From NCBI GenBank assembly GCA_964475485.1, contig CAYYWY010000002.1, positions 18,903 through 82,902 of the forward strand: a stretch of DNA of 64,000 bases, read 5' to 3'. The DNA is from an uncultured Nitrospiraceae bacterium. Its GTDB lineage: Bacteria; Nitrospirota; Thermodesulfovibrionia; Thermodesulfovibrionales; UBA9159. The translations under genes and the position numbers were made by a program. The notes under the pieces were generated by a model. It saw only the letters and a program-made list of their open reading frames with translations. It was not told the origin of the DNA and ran no database searches. Of this stretch, positions 47,437-59,347 are shown one piece after another. Numbering within the stretch: position 1 is the first letter of the stretch; each line of letters starts with the position of its first letter.

Positions 47437-49134
47437 GTGGATATCTTCAGACTCACCCGCACCTACCGGTCTGCCAAAAGACTCCAGCAGATCGTCAACG
47501 TCTTTCTCAAACACGGCTTCGGACGCATCATAGACCAGATTCACCTCGGTAGGTATATCCCCTTCAGAAAACGCCTTAAAGCCTTCGGCCAATGGCCTGC
47601 ACTGAAAGGTCCTTCCGTGCCGGAAAGGCTGAGGACCGCATTCGAAGAGCTAGGGCCGAGCTTTATCAAGCTGGCTCAGATCCTCTCTTCGCGGCCCGAT
47701 CTCATCACCGCTCAATTCGCAAACGAGTTCAGGAAACTGCAAGACGAGGTGCCTCCATTCCCTGTGGCGGAGGCAAAACTGATAGTTGAGACAGAGATGA
47801 AAAAGCCCCTGGGAGATATATTCGTTGAGTTCAGGGACAGGGCCCTTGCCGCGGCATCCATCGCCCAGGTCCACAACGCAAGGCTTCTTGACGGCAGCGA
47901 TGTGATCGTGAAGATACAGCGCCCCGGCATACGTGAACAGATCGACACAGACATCAACATCCTCGCCACCGTCGCCCGTCTTCTGGAAAGGTACGTCCCG
48001 GAAAGCAGGTTCTTTAACCCCTCTGGGATCGTTGACGAATTCTCAAGGACACTGAAGAAAGAGCTGGACTTCGTCGGCGAGGCCCGGAACTGTGCGCGCT
48101 TCGGAAAGAATTTTGAAGACAACCCTGATATCCACATCCCTCGCATTTATAATGAATATGTCACGGAGAAGGTACTCGTTATGGAAAAGATCAAAGGGGT
48201 CAGAATCGACGATATCCCGGGAATAGTCGCCCTGGGTCATGACCGCAGGAGGCTTGTGAGGGTCTGTGTGGACGCCTATTTCAAGATGATCCTCGAGGAC
48301 GGGTTTTTCCACGCAGATCCGCACCCCGGCAACATCCTTGTCATGCCTGAGGGGATGCTCGCCTTTGTTGATTTTGGCATCGTGGGAAGTGTTACGCCGG
48401 AGATGATGGAGACCATGGCCAATACCTTCCTCGCCCTCATCAACAAGGATTTTGACGGACTGATAGACCAGTACATCGAGCTGGGTTATGTCCCCGAAGA
48501 CATCGATCACGACAAGTTTAGGCGTGAGTTCAGGACGGACCTCCTTTACTACCTCGAGCCTCTCTATGGTATGACGCTGCAGGAGATCAACTTCGCACAG
48601 TATCTCGACATCATCACACATATCGCATTGAAGCACAGAATGCAGATCCCCTCTGATCTGCTCCTCATCAACAAGGCCATGCTCATACTGGAAAATATCG
48701 GGAGGGAACTGGATCCGGGCTTTGACTTCGTTGCTGCGGCGGAACCCTATGCGAGGAGGATCGTAAAGAACAGGTATAGCCCTTCGAGGATATATGAAAA
48801 GGCAAGCAGGAACATTATGGAACTGAGCGACTTCCTGTTTCTCTTTCCGAAGCAGGTGAAGACGATAGTAAGGAAGATACTGAGGGACGACCTGCACCTG
48901 AAGATGACCCACATAGGGCTAGACAGGTTCATCATGGACATGGACCGCTCCAGCAACCGCATCACCTTCGGACTAATCATCGCCGCCATGCTCCTAAGCT
49001 CGGCCATAATGCAGTCATCCGGCGTGGGGCTGAGAATATTCGGGATGTCCCTTCTCGGGCTGATCAGCTTCGGCTTCGCCTTCCTCCTCGGCATCTGGCT
49101 CATCATATCCATCATACGTTCGGGAAGATTGTAA
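47437..49134 (+). CDS. ABC1/UbiB-family atypical kinase
   Basis: LGPSFIKLAQILSSRPDL, AAASIAQVH, FHADPHPGN, two C-terminal TM helices. Confidence 0.88.
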   Translation: MDIFRLTRTYRSAKRLQQIVNVFLKHGFGRIIDQIHLGRYIPFRKRLKAFGQWPALKGPSVPERLRTAFEELGPSFIKLAQILSSRPDLITAQFANEFRKLQDEVPPFPVAEAKLIVETEMKKPLGDIFVEFRDRALAAASIAQVHNARLLDGSDVIVKIQRPGIREQIDTDINILATVARLLERYVPESRFFNPSGIVDEFSRTLKKELDFVGEARNCARFGKNFEDNPDIHIPRIYNEYVTEKVLVMEKIKGVRIDDIPGIVALGHDRRRLVRVCVDAYFKMILEDGFFHADPHPGNILVMPEGMLAFVDFGIVGSVTPEMMETMANTFLALINKDFDGLIDQYIELGYVPEDIDHDKFRREFRTDLLYYLEPLYGMTLQEINFAQYLDIITHIALKHRMQIPSDLLLINKAMLILENIGRELDPGFDFVAAAEPYARRIVKNRYSPSRIYEKASRNIMELSDFLFLFPKQVKTIVRKILRDDLHLKMTHIGLDRFIMDMDRSSNRITFGLIIAAMLLSSAIMQSSGVGLRIFGMSLLGLISFGFAFLLGIWLIISIIRSGRL

Positions 49135-49276
49135 GAAATCCATGCCCTGAGGGTGGCTTCTGAGATACTTTATAATCTTCTCGGCAATCGCGGTCTGGTC
49201 TGACATCGCATCCTACTTTGTTTTAGTGTAACAATTACCGCAGCTGCCAGGCCGGGGATGAGAAAGATGGGCAGCC

Positions 49277-50581
49277 TCACTTACCCAGCAGGATCGATCC
49301 CTCGCTGAAGAACGTCCCTGCCACGGCAGCGGTCATGAGACAGGCGAGGGTCGCCGCGACAAGGGCCCTTAAGCCGATACCCGAAAGATCCTTTGTCCTT
49401 TGCGGAACGAGGGCTGCTGTGCCACCAACGAATATGGCAAGAGAAGCAAAATGGGCAAACCCGTTCAGGGCGTAAGCTGCAAGGACGGCGGAACGGGGAT
49501 CTTTAAGGGCGCCTGAGGAGAGGAGCACCGCGAGGTCCTGGTATGATTTCACCTCAGTAAGAACCGCCCTTTCACCGATGAGCTTTGAGATCTCAAAGGC
49601 ATCGGAAGGCCGAACACCTATCACAAGGGTAAAGGGATAAAAGAGACATCCCAACAGTCCTTTCAACGACCAGTCCATCTGTATTCCAATGAGGTTGTTT
49701 AGCTTTGTCCCGGCGCCCGCAAGAAGGAAATCCAAAAGGGCAACGATGCCAAGGAACGCCAGGAGAGGGGCGACTATTCCAGCCACCATCTTCAGCCCTT
49801 CATTGGCGCCCTTTATGATCGCCTCCATGGCGGTGGATTCCCTCTCATAATGGGGCGTCACATCTATTCCGAGGGTCCCTGGTTCTTCCGTCTCGGGCAT
49901 GATGATCTTCGACATGACGATTGCCGCTACGGCCGAGAGGATGGATGCTGAGACGAGATGGCCTGCTATGGTGGGAAACCTTGCCTGGAGGATGAACACA
50001 TAGAGGGCAAGGACGTTCGACGCCGTGGTGGACATGCCGGCAGTCAGTATGGTGCAGAACTCCGAACGGGTCATGCTTCTTAGATAAGGCAGTACGGTCA
50101 TATTTGCCTCAACTCCCACAAAGATATTGCTCGACACACTGAGGGATTCAGCCCCGCTTATCCTCATCAGCCTTGTGAAAACTCTTGAGAAGGACCGTAT
50201 GAGTCTTGGCATCACACCTACGTAGTAAAGAAGTGCCATGAGACTCGCAAAGAAGACGATGGTCGGGAATGCCTGGAATGCTAGGATAAAACCAAGGGAC
50301 TCCTCCCCTGCCTCGTTCTTTGCGCCGGGAGGAAGGGCAAGCCTTCCGAAAAGAAACCTCGATCCCGCGCCTGCGCTTTCCAGAACCCTTACCACGGCAT
50401 CGTTCACCCAGAGGAACACCTGAGAGCCTGCCGGCACGACAAAGATGAAGAGAGCGAGCAGAAGCTGAAGGGCGGTGCCCCATACGATCACGCGCCAGTT
50501 GATCACCCTCCTGTTTGCAGAGAGCAACCATGCCACTGCCATAAGGATAAAGATTCCCGTGAAGCTGACGAGGTTATGCAT
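49277..50581 (-). CDS. NupC/NupG-family concentrative nucleoside transporter
   Basis: 434-aa polytopic protein with the CNT-family N-terminal region, Gate domain and C-terminal region pattern. Confidence 0.8.
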   Translation of the reverse strand: MHNLVSFTGIFILMAVAWLLSANRRVINWRVIVWGTALQLLLALFIFVVPAGSQVFLWVNDAVVRVLESAGAGSRFLFGRLALPPGAKNEAGEESLGFILAFQAFPTIVFFASLMALLYYVGVMPRLIRSFSRVFTRLMRISGAESLSVSSNIFVGVEANMTVLPYLRSMTRSEFCTILTAGMSTTASNVLALYVFILQARFPTIAGHLVSASILSAVAAIVMSKIIMPETEEPGTLGIDVTPHYERESTAMEAIIKGANEGLKMVAGIVAPLLAFLGIVALLDFLLAGAGTKLNNLIGIQMDWSLKGLLGCLFYPFTLVIGVRPSDAFEISKLIGERAVLTEVKSYQDLAVLLSSGALKDPRSAVLAAYALNGFAHFASLAIFVGGTAALVPQRTKDLSGIGLRALVAATLACLMTAAVAGTFFSEGSILLGK

Positions 50582-50586
50582 CCTCT

Positions 50587-51357
50587 CTATCTCTTCCTCT
50601 CAAAGAGGGTCCCTGCGACCGCAACACACACGATGGATGTGATAAGCATGACGCCAACGTCCGTGACAATCGAAAAATCGAAAACCCCTTCCCCCCTGAA
50701 TATGGCGTGCTTCAGCGCGTCTATGCCGTACGTGAAGGGGTTCAGCTTTGCAAGTACTTTCAGGATATCCGGCAACAGCTTCACGGGATACATCGCCCCG
50801 GAGAGGAAGAACATGGGCATCACGATGAAGTTCATTATGACGCTGAAACTCTCGAAACTCTCGTAGAAGGTGGCGATGACGATCCCCAGGGACGCGATAC
50901 AAAAGGAGATTAGCGCGCATATGACTATCGTCTCGATTATCGAAAGGATATCCATTCTTATACCGAGGAAAGGGAAGAGGGCAAGTATTATGATTGCTTG
51001 TATCACTGAGACGATAGTGCCGCTCACAGCCTTTCCAAGGACGATGGACAGCCTCGAGACCGGGGCGACGAGTATCTCCTTCATCAGACCGAACTCCTTG
51101 TCCCATATAATTGAAATGGAGGAGAATATTGCGCTGAAGAGGATGGTCATCCCCAGAATGCCGGGGAAGATGAACTGGATATAGGTTACCTCTCCCATGA
51201 GTCCCATCCCTGGTGAGACAAGCCTCGACATGCCTCCTCCAACAAGGAAGAGCCAGATGAGGGGCCTCGCAAGGGTTGAGATGAGCCTGGACTTTTCCCT
51301 TATGAATTTCTTGAATTCCCTTGCGACCAGCACATAAACGGCGTTAACCTCTATCAA
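50587..51357 (-). CDS. ABC-2 type exporter permease
   Basis: Six TM helices. Overlaps the upstream ATPase by 14 nt. Confidence 0.8.
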   Translation of the reverse strand: MIEVNAVYVLVAREFKKFIREKSRLISTLARPLIWLFLVGGGMSRLVSPGMGLMGEVTYIQFIFPGILGMTILFSAIFSSISIIWDKEFGLMKEILVAPVSRLSIVLGKAVSGTIVSVIQAIIILALFPFLGIRMDILSIIETIVICALISFCIASLGIVIATFYESFESFSVIMNFIVMPMFFLSGAMYPVKLLPDILKVLAKLNPFTYGIDALKHAIFRGEGVFDFSIVTDVGVMLITSIVCVAVAGTLFERKR

Positions 51358-52351
51358 ATCTTCTCCTGTAGGAACGCACTTCCTCTTTGATGGTATCCTC
51401 CGAGGATGCTTCTTCAGCCCTTATCTCCTTTCCGGTCATCTTGAGGAAGACGTCGTTTAGGGTTGGCCTTTGGAGACGGACTGAGATGACCGAATCGCCC
51501 AGTGACCTGATTATCTCGGGGATGCATGCATCTCCCTTCAGAGAGGTCAGGAAGAGCTCGCTGTCCTTTTCAAAGACATCAATCTTCAGCATCTTCTCCA
51601 AGTCCTCCTTGGCCTTCCTGTTATCCTTTGTCCTTATGTAGATCACATCACCGCCCACGGTTTTTTTCAGTTCTTCGGGAGTTCCCATTGCGATGATCTT
51701 TCCCCTGTCGATTATGGCGATCCTGTCACAGACCTCTGCCTCTTCCATGTAATGTGTCGTCATGAAGATAGTCATCCCATGCTTTTCCGGAAGCCCCACG
51801 ATAAATTCCCAGAGGTTGGTCCTTGTCTGAGGGTCAAGGCCAAGGGTCGGCTCATCGAGGAAAAGCACCTTCGGCTCATGGATTAGGCCCCGGGCGACCT
51901 CGAGCCGCCTCTTCATTCCCCCTGAGAATTTTTTCACTAGGTCGTTTCTCCTGCCGTAGAGATCAACAAAGCTCAGAGCTTCTCTTATCCGCTGGGCCAT
52001 TTCCGATTTCTTGACGTCATAGAGATAGGCGTGAAAGACCATATTCTCATACGCGGTCAACTCCTTGTCGAGGGTCGTGTCCTGAAAGACTATGCCGATG
52101 GCTTTCCTTACCTGGGATGATTGTCGTGTGCAGTCGAAACCGAAGATAGATGCCTTCCCGGATGTGGGGGCGAGGAGCGTGCAGAGGATATTGATGGTGG
52201 TCGTCTTCCCTGCGCCGTTCGGCCCGAGGAAGCCGAAAATGGTCCCCTCCTCCACCTCAAAGGAGATGTCGTTCACAGCAGTGATATTGCCGAACTTCTT
52301 GACGAGATGCTCAACCTTGATGATTGGCATTGGCATATAAAAGTTTAACAT
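51344..52351 (-). CDS. ABC exporter ATP-binding protein (DrrA-like)
   Basis: GPNGAGKTTT, FSGGMKRRLEVA, LFLDEPTLGLDP, plus a C-terminal regulatory extension. Start may be M6 or M8. Confidence 0.88.
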   Translation of the reverse strand: MLNFYMPMPIIKVEHLVKKFGNITAVNDISFEVEEGTIFGFLGPNGAGKTTTINILCTLLAPTSGKASIFGFDCTRQSSQVRKAIGIVFQDTTLDKELTAYENMVFHAYLYDVKKSEMAQRIREALSFVDLYGRRNDLVKKFSGGMKRRLEVARGLIHEPKVLFLDEPTLGLDPQTRTNLWEFIVGLPEKHGMTIFMTTHYMEEAEVCDRIAIIDRGKIIAMGTPEELKKTVGGDVIYIRTKDNRKAKEDLEKMLKIDVFEKDSELFLTSLKGDACIPEIIRSLGDSVISVRLQRPTLNDVFLKMTGKEIRAEEASSEDTIKEEVRSYRRRFDRG

Positions 52352-52564
52352 TTCCTCTTTCCTCTGTCATTCCGTCTCCTTTCTTCGAGGCAATCTCACT
52401 GAGGAGTTCCTAAGTATAGTGACATTGATCCAAAGAACACCTCCGTTCCCTGAAGGGATTCTCTGAAAAGCTTAAGTAAGAGGAAAGGAATGTTAGGCAT
52501 GTTAGCAATTTCACAGTAAATCCTCTATAATATGCCTTATTCCGGCTGCTCAGAAAAGGACATT

Positions 52565-53536
52565 ATGGATTTTCTTGAATTCGTTTTCCCGGTTTCAGGC
52601 GTAAAGACGAATGTTCTCCTTCCTCCGCTGGTTGCACTTGTGATCTCCTTCTTTACCTCGATGGGCGGTGTCTCCGGAGCCTTCCTCCTGCTTCCCTTCC
52701 AGGTGAGCGTCCTGAATTACACAAGCCCGTCGGTGAGCGGGACAAACTTTATCTACAATATCGTCGCAATCCCAAGCGGCGTCTATCGTTATATCAGAGA
52801 AGGGCGCATGGCCTGGCCCCTGACCTGGGTGGTGGTCATCGGCACGTTGCCGGGGGTATTTATCGGGTATCTAATACGCGTTCTTTATCTTCCGGACCCG
52901 AGGGCCTTCAAGCTCTTCGTAGGCTGCGTGTTGCTCTACATAGGGGCAAGGCTCCTCTATGAATTCAGCCATAGGGCGTCCTCAGGTAACGAAGGGGCGC
53001 AGGCCCTTGAAAAGAAGTTCAGGGAAAGGGTGGATGAGTTAAGGAAGAAGCCGAACTCGAGGGTGGCTGCGGGTCTGCCGCCAGAGGCAGTCGTAAAGAC
53101 AATCTCTGTCTCCTTTGGGAGGATAGAATACGAGTTCTGGGGGGAGAGGTTTTCGTACAGCGCCATCGGCATGTTCGCTTTGGCCTTCATCGTCGGCATC
53201 ATTGGAGGCACGTACGGTATAGGAGGAGGCGCCATTATCGCGCCCTTCTGCGTGGCGGTCTTTCGTCTTCCTGTCTATACGATTGCAGGTGCTGCTCTCA
53301 TGGGCACCTTTATTACCTCAATTGCAGGCATAATCTTTTACAGCACAATACCGGTGAGCGACGGGGTTTCGACAACCCCGGACTGGCTGCTGGGATTCCT
53401 CTTCGGCATCGGCGGTACCGTCGGAATTTATCTCGGGGCAAGGTTCCAGAAGTTCGTCCCCCAGAAGTTCATAAAACTGCTCATAGGCTGCCTCATTGCC
53501 TTCCTGGCGCTTAGGTATATTGTCCAGTATTTCTGA
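52565..53536 (+). CDS. TauE/SafE-family anion exporter with a long central cytoplasmic loop
   Basis: Two 4-TM halves with GGVSGAF and GIGGGAII motifs. Start at MDFLEF, alternative at 52532. Confidence 0.75.
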   Translation: MDFLEFVFPVSGVKTNVLLPPLVALVISFFTSMGGVSGAFLLLPFQVSVLNYTSPSVSGTNFIYNIVAIPSGVYRYIREGRMAWPLTWVVVIGTLPGVFIGYLIRVLYLPDPRAFKLFVGCVLLYIGARLLYEFSHRASSGNEGAQALEKKFRERVDELRKKPNSRVAAGLPPEAVVKTISVSFGRIEYEFWGERFSYSAIGMFALAFIVGIIGGTYGIGGGAIIAPFCVAVFRLPVYTIAGAALMGTFITSIAGIIFYSTIPVSDGVSTTPDWLLGFLFGIGGTVGIYLGARFQKFVPQKFIKLLIGCLIAFLALRYIVQYF

Positions 53537-53572
53537 GTCGCAAAAGGAATAACATAACCTGATCCCTACATC

Positions 53573-55507
53573 TCATGCGTCAATGGCCTTTCTCACCATT
53601 TTCGCCATCTGGGCCATCCTGTACGGCTTGTCAAGGAAGCCAAGGACACCCGATTCTTTGAGACTCGGAGCTTCATCTGCCGAATAACCGCTGGATATGA
53701 TCACCTTAACCGTGGGATTGATTTCTTTCAGCCTGTTATATACCTCGAAGCCGTCCATCCTTGGCATAACCCTGTCCATGATAACAAGAGCAATATCCTC
53801 GCCTTCTTCCCCGTAAAGCTTCAGCGCTTCCTCACCATTGGAAGCAGTGATTACCCTGTACCCAAGCCCTTCGAGGATGGAGGAACCCAACTCCCTTATG
53901 ACCTCGTCATCGTCAACGAGGAGGATATTCTCTGTTCCTCTGGGGAGTTCCTCTTTTTCGAGCGTGCCCTGTAGGACGAGTTCGCTTTCGGAAGATGCGG
54001 GAAGATACACCCTGAATTCCGAGCCCCTCCCCACCTCGCTATAGAGGTTTATCCACCCGCCGTGAGCCTTTACTATTGAGTATGTCACCGCGAGTCCGAG
54101 TCCCGTGCCCTTTCCCTTTGTCTTTGTCGTAAAAAACGGCTCGAAAACCCTGTCTCTTATCTCGTCGGGAACGCCCTCGCCGTTATCTGTCACCGACAGG
54201 GTTATATAATTACCTGGTCTGGCATAAGCATAGTAACGGCAGTACTCCTCGTCCACAACCGTCTCACCTGTTTTTATCTCGATCACACCGCCTTTCATAA
54301 TTGCATCCCTGGCGTTCACCACGAGGTTCATCAGTACCTGCGTGATCTGGGCCTGATCTGCATCTACAAGTGGGATATCCGTCTGGAGGGAGACCTTTAT
54401 CTCTATATTTTCCTCCACCATGCGTCTTAGCATTTTCATAGAATCCTCTATGAGACGGTTGATATTAACGGGCCGTCTTGCCGGAGGCAGTTTCCGTCCT
54501 ATTAAAAGGATTTGCCGTGTAAAGTCGGTGGCCTTCTGGGTAAGGTCCATCACTCTGCCGATATATTCCCTCGACGCTCCGCCCTCTCCCATCTCATCAA
54601 TGGCGAGCTCGGAGTATCCCATGATGCCGGTGAGGATGTTATTGAAGTCATGTGCGATCCCTGCTGAGAGGTTTCCGATAGCCTCCATCTTCTGTGCATG
54701 CAGAAGGGAAGCCCTGTAGTCGTCCAGCTCCTTTGCAATGGCTTCGTCCTTCTCCTGAAGTTTCCTTGTCATAGAGTTGAAACTCCGGGCAAGGACCCCC
54801 AGTTCATCCCGGCTGTCAAGGACGATCTTGTGGGAGAGATCCCCTGCGGCGACCCTCTGAATTCCTTCGCTCAGGAGGGATATCGGTTTCAGGATAAACC
54901 GGTGCACGATGAGATAAAGCGAAACCGACAACACTGCGATAAAGACAAACCCGAATGCCGCGACGGTAAAGCCCTGCTTCCTGATATAGGTATCGACAGA
55001 CCGCAGGGAAAACCCCAATTCGATCCTTCCGAGCACCTTTTCGTCTCTTGCATGGGCATGGCAGGATGCAGTATAGCACGAGACAGAGTTAAGGATGGGT
55101 TCGGCGATGATAAGTGCCCTGTGGCCCTGCACATCTTTTATCGCGCTGAACTTCCCATTTAAGGTCTCAATGGATTGCACTGCGCCAAGGTCGATGCCGA
55201 TCTTCACCGAAGAGAAACGAACGGCGCCACGGGCATCGAGGAGCCTTAGCCACAGGATATCCTGAGCAGTAGCCAGGGAATTCACCGTCTGCCTGATAAA
55301 GTCCCTTTGGTTGGTCAGCATGCCGTAGTAAAGCGCCCGTTTTATTACGTTCACCTGTGATTCAGCAAAATTGATGTTCTTATTAAGTTCCTCTTTCTGA
55401 AGGTGGAGGACGGAAGGGTACCAAAAAAGTGTGCTTATCCCGACGATGAGCATCGCACTCACGATGATGAGCTTGCTGGTAAGGGAAAGAAAAGGTTTTT
55501 TATTCAT
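53573..55507 (-). CDS. hybrid sensor histidine kinase: TM, periplasmic sensor with a CxxxxCH motif, TM, HAMP, HisKA, HATPase_c, REC
   Basis: SCYTASCH in the periplasmic domain, HAMP ([13 protein letters not shown]), GIAHDFNN H-box, GTGLGLAV, C-terminal REC ([16 protein letters not shown]). Confidence 0.9.
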   Translation of the reverse strand: MNKKPFLSLTSKLIIVSAMLIVGISTLFWYPSVLHLQKEELNKNINFAESQVNVIKRALYYGMLTNQRDFIRQTVNSLATAQDILWLRLLDARGAVRFSSVKIGIDLGAVQSIETLNGKFSAIKDVQGHRALIIAEPILNSVSCYTASCHAHARDEKVLGRIELGFSLRSVDTYIRKQGFTVAAFGFVFIAVLSVSLYLIVHRFILKPISLLSEGIQRVAAGDLSHKIVLDSRDELGVLARSFNSMTRKLQEKDEAIAKELDDYRASLLHAQKMEAIGNLSAGIAHDFNNILTGIMGYSELAIDEMGEGGASREYIGRVMDLTQKATDFTRQILLIGRKLPPARRPVNINRLIEDSMKMLRRMVEENIEIKVSLQTDIPLVDADQAQITQVLMNLVVNARDAIMKGGVIEIKTGETVVDEEYCRYYAYARPGNYITLSVTDNGEGVPDEIRDRVFEPFFTTKTKGKGTGLGLAVTYSIVKAHGGWINLYSEVGRGSEFRVYLPASSESELVLQGTLEKEELPRGTENILLVDDDEVIRELGSSILEGLGYRVITASNGEEALKLYGEEGEDIALVIMDRVMPRMDGFEVYNRLKEINPTVKVIISSGYSADEAPSLKESGVLGFLDKPYRMAQMAKMVRKAIDA

Positions 55508-55728
55508 CTCTCCGCCTTGTCACAGGACTCTTTTCTAGCAATTATTGTACCATTCTATTGCATCTGCACATGGTCATCCCCTTGAAACGCGGCTACCGCC
55601 AATTATGATATAATTTCCGGTGAAAGCCGCTTACTAAAGCAGAAGCAGACACAGGGATTATGGAAGTAACTGGTTTAAAGTAGTAATTGAAGTCTCGTTG
55701 GTATCTGTTATATTTTAATAGGATTATT

Positions 55729-56640
55729 ATGAGCATCAACTCGGAGAAGCGTCTCGGTCTGACCCTCGCGGTAACCTTCCTGATACTAATTGCGGAGACT
55801 GTGGGGGGGATCCTGAGCAAAAGCCTCGCACTCCTGAGCGACGCGGGACACGTGCTCACCGATGCCTTTGCCCTTGGCCTGAGCATGATCGCTGCAAGAC
55901 TCAGCCGGAGGCCTTCCGACTACAGGGCGACGTACGGTTATCAGAGGGTGGGCCTTTTGGCAGCAGTAATCAACGGACTGAGTCTTTTGGTGATCGCAGG
56001 GTTCATATTCTATGAGTCGTACCAGAGGTTCATTTCTCCTCCCCGGATAAACGTACCGGTCATGATCGCGATCGCCTCCTTCGGGCTTCTTGGGAATGTA
56101 GGTATGGCCCTCATCATCGGGAGAGAGCATGAAGACTTGAATATCAGGAGCGCGTGGCTCCATGTGCTGGGTGACACCCTCTCTTCCGTCGGCGTCGTCG
56201 TGTCCGGAGCGATAATCCTTTTCACAGGATGGGTGTATGCAGACCCCCTGGCCAGCCTGACAATCGGACTGATTATTGTTTCCGGGGGCATCAGGGTGGT
56301 AAAAGAGGCTCTCACGATATTTCTCGAGATGGCGCCGGAGGGCTTTATCGTGGAAGACATTGCAAAGAAGCTTTGCGACATGCCGGACGTGATAGGGGTT
56401 CACGACGTACATATATGGTCGGTGGCCCATAAGAGAATCGCCTTTACCGCCCATGTCTGGATTCATGACCAGAAGTTGAGCGAGACAGAAGGGATAAGAA
56501 AGAAGATCGAATCGTTGCTTACCAGCCTCGGTATTAGTCATATCATTCTCCAATTCGAGTGTGCAGAGTGCGCAAACGGAGCACTTTACTGCCAGATCGC
56601 TGAAAAGTCTCCTCACGGTTCCGCTGCCCATTACCACTGA
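55729..56640 (+). CDS. cation diffusion facilitator family transporter
   Basis: ALLSDAGHVLTD, HVLGDTLSSVGV, and a cytoplasmic C-terminal domain with HDVHIW. Confidence 0.88.
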   Translation: MSINSEKRLGLTLAVTFLILIAETVGGILSKSLALLSDAGHVLTDAFALGLSMIAARLSRRPSDYRATYGYQRVGLLAAVINGLSLLVIAGFIFYESYQRFISPPRINVPVMIAIASFGLLGNVGMALIIGREHEDLNIRSAWLHVLGDTLSSVGVVVSGAIILFTGWVYADPLASLTIGLIIVSGGIRVVKEALTIFLEMAPEGFIVEDIAKKLCDMPDVIGVHDVHIWSVAHKRIAFTAHVWIHDQKLSETEGIRKKIESLLTSLGISHIILQFECAECANGALYCQIAEKSPHGSAAHYH

Positions 56641-56725
56641 GGGCGCGGCTCCCCGACGCCCTTCCGAGCTTCCTGCGCGCTTCATTTCCTTGCAATTAGC
56701 GCGAACTATTATTTATCATTAAACT

Positions 56726-59347
56726 ATGGTGCAAACGCTTCTGAAGAAGATTTTCGGAACAAAAAATGAAAGGGAAATGAAGCGGCTCTGGCCGATTGCG
56801 GACAGGATTAATACGCTTGAGCCTGAGATAAGCTCCCTGAGCGACTCGCAACTCAAGGCAAAGACCCAGGAGTTCAAGAGCAGGCTCGAAAATGGCGAAA
56901 CCCTGGATGACATCCTCCCCGAGGCATTCGCAGTGGTGAGAGAAACAGCCAAGAGGGTGCTCGGGATGCGCCATTTCGATGTGCAGCTAATCGGCGGCAT
57001 CGTGCTCCATGAGGGGAAAATTGCGGAAATGAAGACAGGCGAGGGGAAGACTCTTGTAGCCACTCTTCCTGTCTACCTCAATTCCCTTACCGGAAAAGGC
57101 GTTCATGTGGTCACCGTGAACGACTATCTTGCCAAGAGAGATGCCAGGTGGATGGGCCCGGTCTATAACTTCCTCGGCCTGACTGCCGGGGTGATCGTCC
57201 ATGGCCTTTCTGATGAGGAGAGACAGGCGGCCTATAATGCTGATATCACCTACGGCACGAACAACGAATTCGGTTTCGACTATCTCAGGGACAACATGAA
57301 GTACGACCTCTCCCAGTACGTCCAGCGGGAGCTGAACTACGCAATAGTCGATGAGGTTGACAGCATTCTCATAGACGAGGCCAGGACCCCTCTTATTATT
57401 TCCGGTCCCTCTGAAGAGTCTACGGACAAGTACTACACCATCGACAAGATCATCCCCAAACTCAGGAAAGATACGGACTATACCATCGACGAAAAGGCGA
57501 GAACAGCTATTCTCACCGAAGAGGGCAACATGAAGGTCGAACGCCTCCTCGGGACCACAAACCTTTATGACCCCTCCAACATCGAGCTCGTTCACCACGT
57601 CCTTCAGGCACTCAAGGCCCATACACTTTTCAAGAGGGACGTGGACTACGTGGTGAAGGACGGCGAGGTAATCATTGTGGATGAATTCACCGGCAGGCTC
57701 ATGCCTGGAAGACGATGGAGCGACGGCCTCCACCAGGCGGTCGAGGCAAAGGAAGCGGTTAAGATTGAGAGCGAGAACCAGACCCTTGCCACCATCACAT
57801 TCCAGAACTACTTCAGGATGTACAACAAGCTTGCGGGCATGACTGGAACAGCGGACACGGAGGCTGAGGAATTTGCGAAGATATACAACCTTGATGTCCT
57901 GGTCATCCCCACAAATAGACCCATGATCAGGGTTGATTACCCCGATGTGATATACAAGACCGAGAAGGCGAAGTTCAACGCCGTGTTAGGGGAGATCGAG
58001 GAACTGCACCGCAAAGGCCAGCCCGTGCTCGTCGGCACTATTTCCATAGAGAAGTCCGAGACATTGAGTTACATGCTTAAGAAGAAGGGCATACCTCATT
58101 CGGTGCTGAACGCCAAGTACCATGAAAGAGAGGCAGAAATCATTGCGCAGGCGGGCAGAAGCGGAGCAGTCACGATCGCGACAAACATGGCCGGCAGAGG
58201 TACGGACATTGTTCTGGGCGGCAACCCCGAGGGCCTTGCAAGGGACTTTCTTAAGGAAAAGAAGGAGTTCACTGATGAAGAATGGAAGCAGGCATTGGAG
58301 AAGGCAAGGGATATTTGTGGAAAGGACAGGGAGAAGGTCGTTGCGGTAGGCGGGCTCCATATTCTCGGCACAGAGAGGCATGAGGCAAGGAGAATCGACA
58401 ACCAGTTGAGAGGGCGTTCGGGCAGGCAGGGCGATCCCGGCTCATCCAGGTTCTATCTTTCCCTTGAGGATGATCTCATGAGGATATTCGGCTCCGACAG
58501 GATTTCAGGTCTTATGTCGAAACTCGGCATGGAGGAGGATGTGCCGATAGAGAACAGGATGGTTTCCAAGGCCATCGAGAACGCGCAGAAAAAGGTGGAG
58601 GCCCACAACTTCGACATACGAAAGCACCTTCTCGAATATGACGATATCATGAACAAGCAGAGGACGGAGATTTACTCCTTTAGGCGCGAGATATTGCAGG
58701 GAGAGGGGCTGAAAGAGAAGATATTCCAGATGATTGACGATACAGCTGATGAACTCCTCGATATTTATTGTCCGGCCGGCAGGCACGCAGAGGAATGGGA
58801 CATGAAAGCCCTTAGTGACACGGTGCACGGCGTCTTCTCCGTCTCCTTAAGCGACACCGCTTCGGATATCGATAGCCTGAGAGAGTCTCTTTCATCGGAA
58901 ATCAAAGCTGCCTATGACAGGAAAGAGGCCGACATAGGCAGCGATATGATGCGCTACCTCGAAAAGATGGTCTTTCTCCAGGTTCTGGATGCCCAGTGGA
59001 AGGATCATCTCCTTGCGATGGACCACCTGAAGGAAGGCATAGGACTCAGGGGTTACGGCCAGAGGGACCCTCTTACGGAATACAAGAAGGAGGCATTCGA
59101 GATGTTCTCTGAGCTGACCGGGAGGATCTCGATGGACACCCTCACCCGGCTCTTCAAGATCCAGATAAGGGAGGAAGCGGGGGTGAGGAGGCAGCCTGCA
59201 CAGCCCAGGCAGGCGATAAGGTATAATCGCGGCGAGGGAGCAGACACAGCCCAACCGGTAACACGGGGGAAGAAAATCGGAAGAAACGAACCCTGCCCCT
59301 GTGGGAGCGGTAAGAAATACAAGAAATGTTGTGGTGTGAATGCCTAA
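56726..59347 (+). CDS. secA: preprotein translocase ATPase SecA
   Basis: [46 protein letters not shown]-terminal zinc motif [14 protein letters not shown]. Confidence 0.97.
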   Translation: MVQTLLKKIFGTKNEREMKRLWPIADRINTLEPEISSLSDSQLKAKTQEFKSRLENGETLDDILPEAFAVVRETAKRVLGMRHFDVQLIGGIVLHEGKIAEMKTGEGKTLVATLPVYLNSLTGKGVHVVTVNDYLAKRDARWMGPVYNFLGLTAGVIVHGLSDEERQAAYNADITYGTNNEFGFDYLRDNMKYDLSQYVQRELNYAIVDEVDSILIDEARTPLIISGPSEESTDKYYTIDKIIPKLRKDTDYTIDEKARTAILTEEGNMKVERLLGTTNLYDPSNIELVHHVLQALKAHTLFKRDVDYVVKDGEVIIVDEFTGRLMPGRRWSDGLHQAVEAKEAVKIESENQTLATITFQNYFRMYNKLAGMTGTADTEAEEFAKIYNLDVLVIPTNRPMIRVDYPDVIYKTEKAKFNAVLGEIEELHRKGQPVLVGTISIEKSETLSYMLKKKGIPHSVLNAKYHEREAEIIAQAGRSGAVTIATNMAGRGTDIVLGGNPEGLARDFLKEKKEFTDEEWKQALEKARDICGKDREKVVAVGGLHILGTERHEARRIDNQLRGRSGRQGDPGSSRFYLSLEDDLMRIFGSDRISGLMSKLGMEEDVPIENRMVSKAIENAQKKVEAHNFDIRKHLLEYDDIMNKQRTEIYSFRREILQGEGLKEKIFQMIDDTADELLDIYCPAGRHAEEWDMKALSDTVHGVFSVSLSDTASDIDSLRESLSSEIKAAYDRKEADIGSDMMRYLEKMVFLQVLDAQWKDHLLAMDHLKEGIGLRGYGQRDPLTEYKKEAFEMFSELTGRISMDTLTRLFKIQIREEAGVRRQPAQPRQAIRYNRGEGADTAQPVTRGKKIGRNEPCPCGSGKKYKKCCGVNA

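Noticed and set aside
49135-49206. Minus-strand ORF 49015..49206 (MSDQTAIAEKIIKYLRSHPQGMDF...) as a small gene in the gap between the UbiB-like gene and nupC.
   Set aside because: Only the first 24 codons are intergenic. The rest is antisense to the UbiB-like C-terminus, with acidic low-complexity composition, no SD and no family match.
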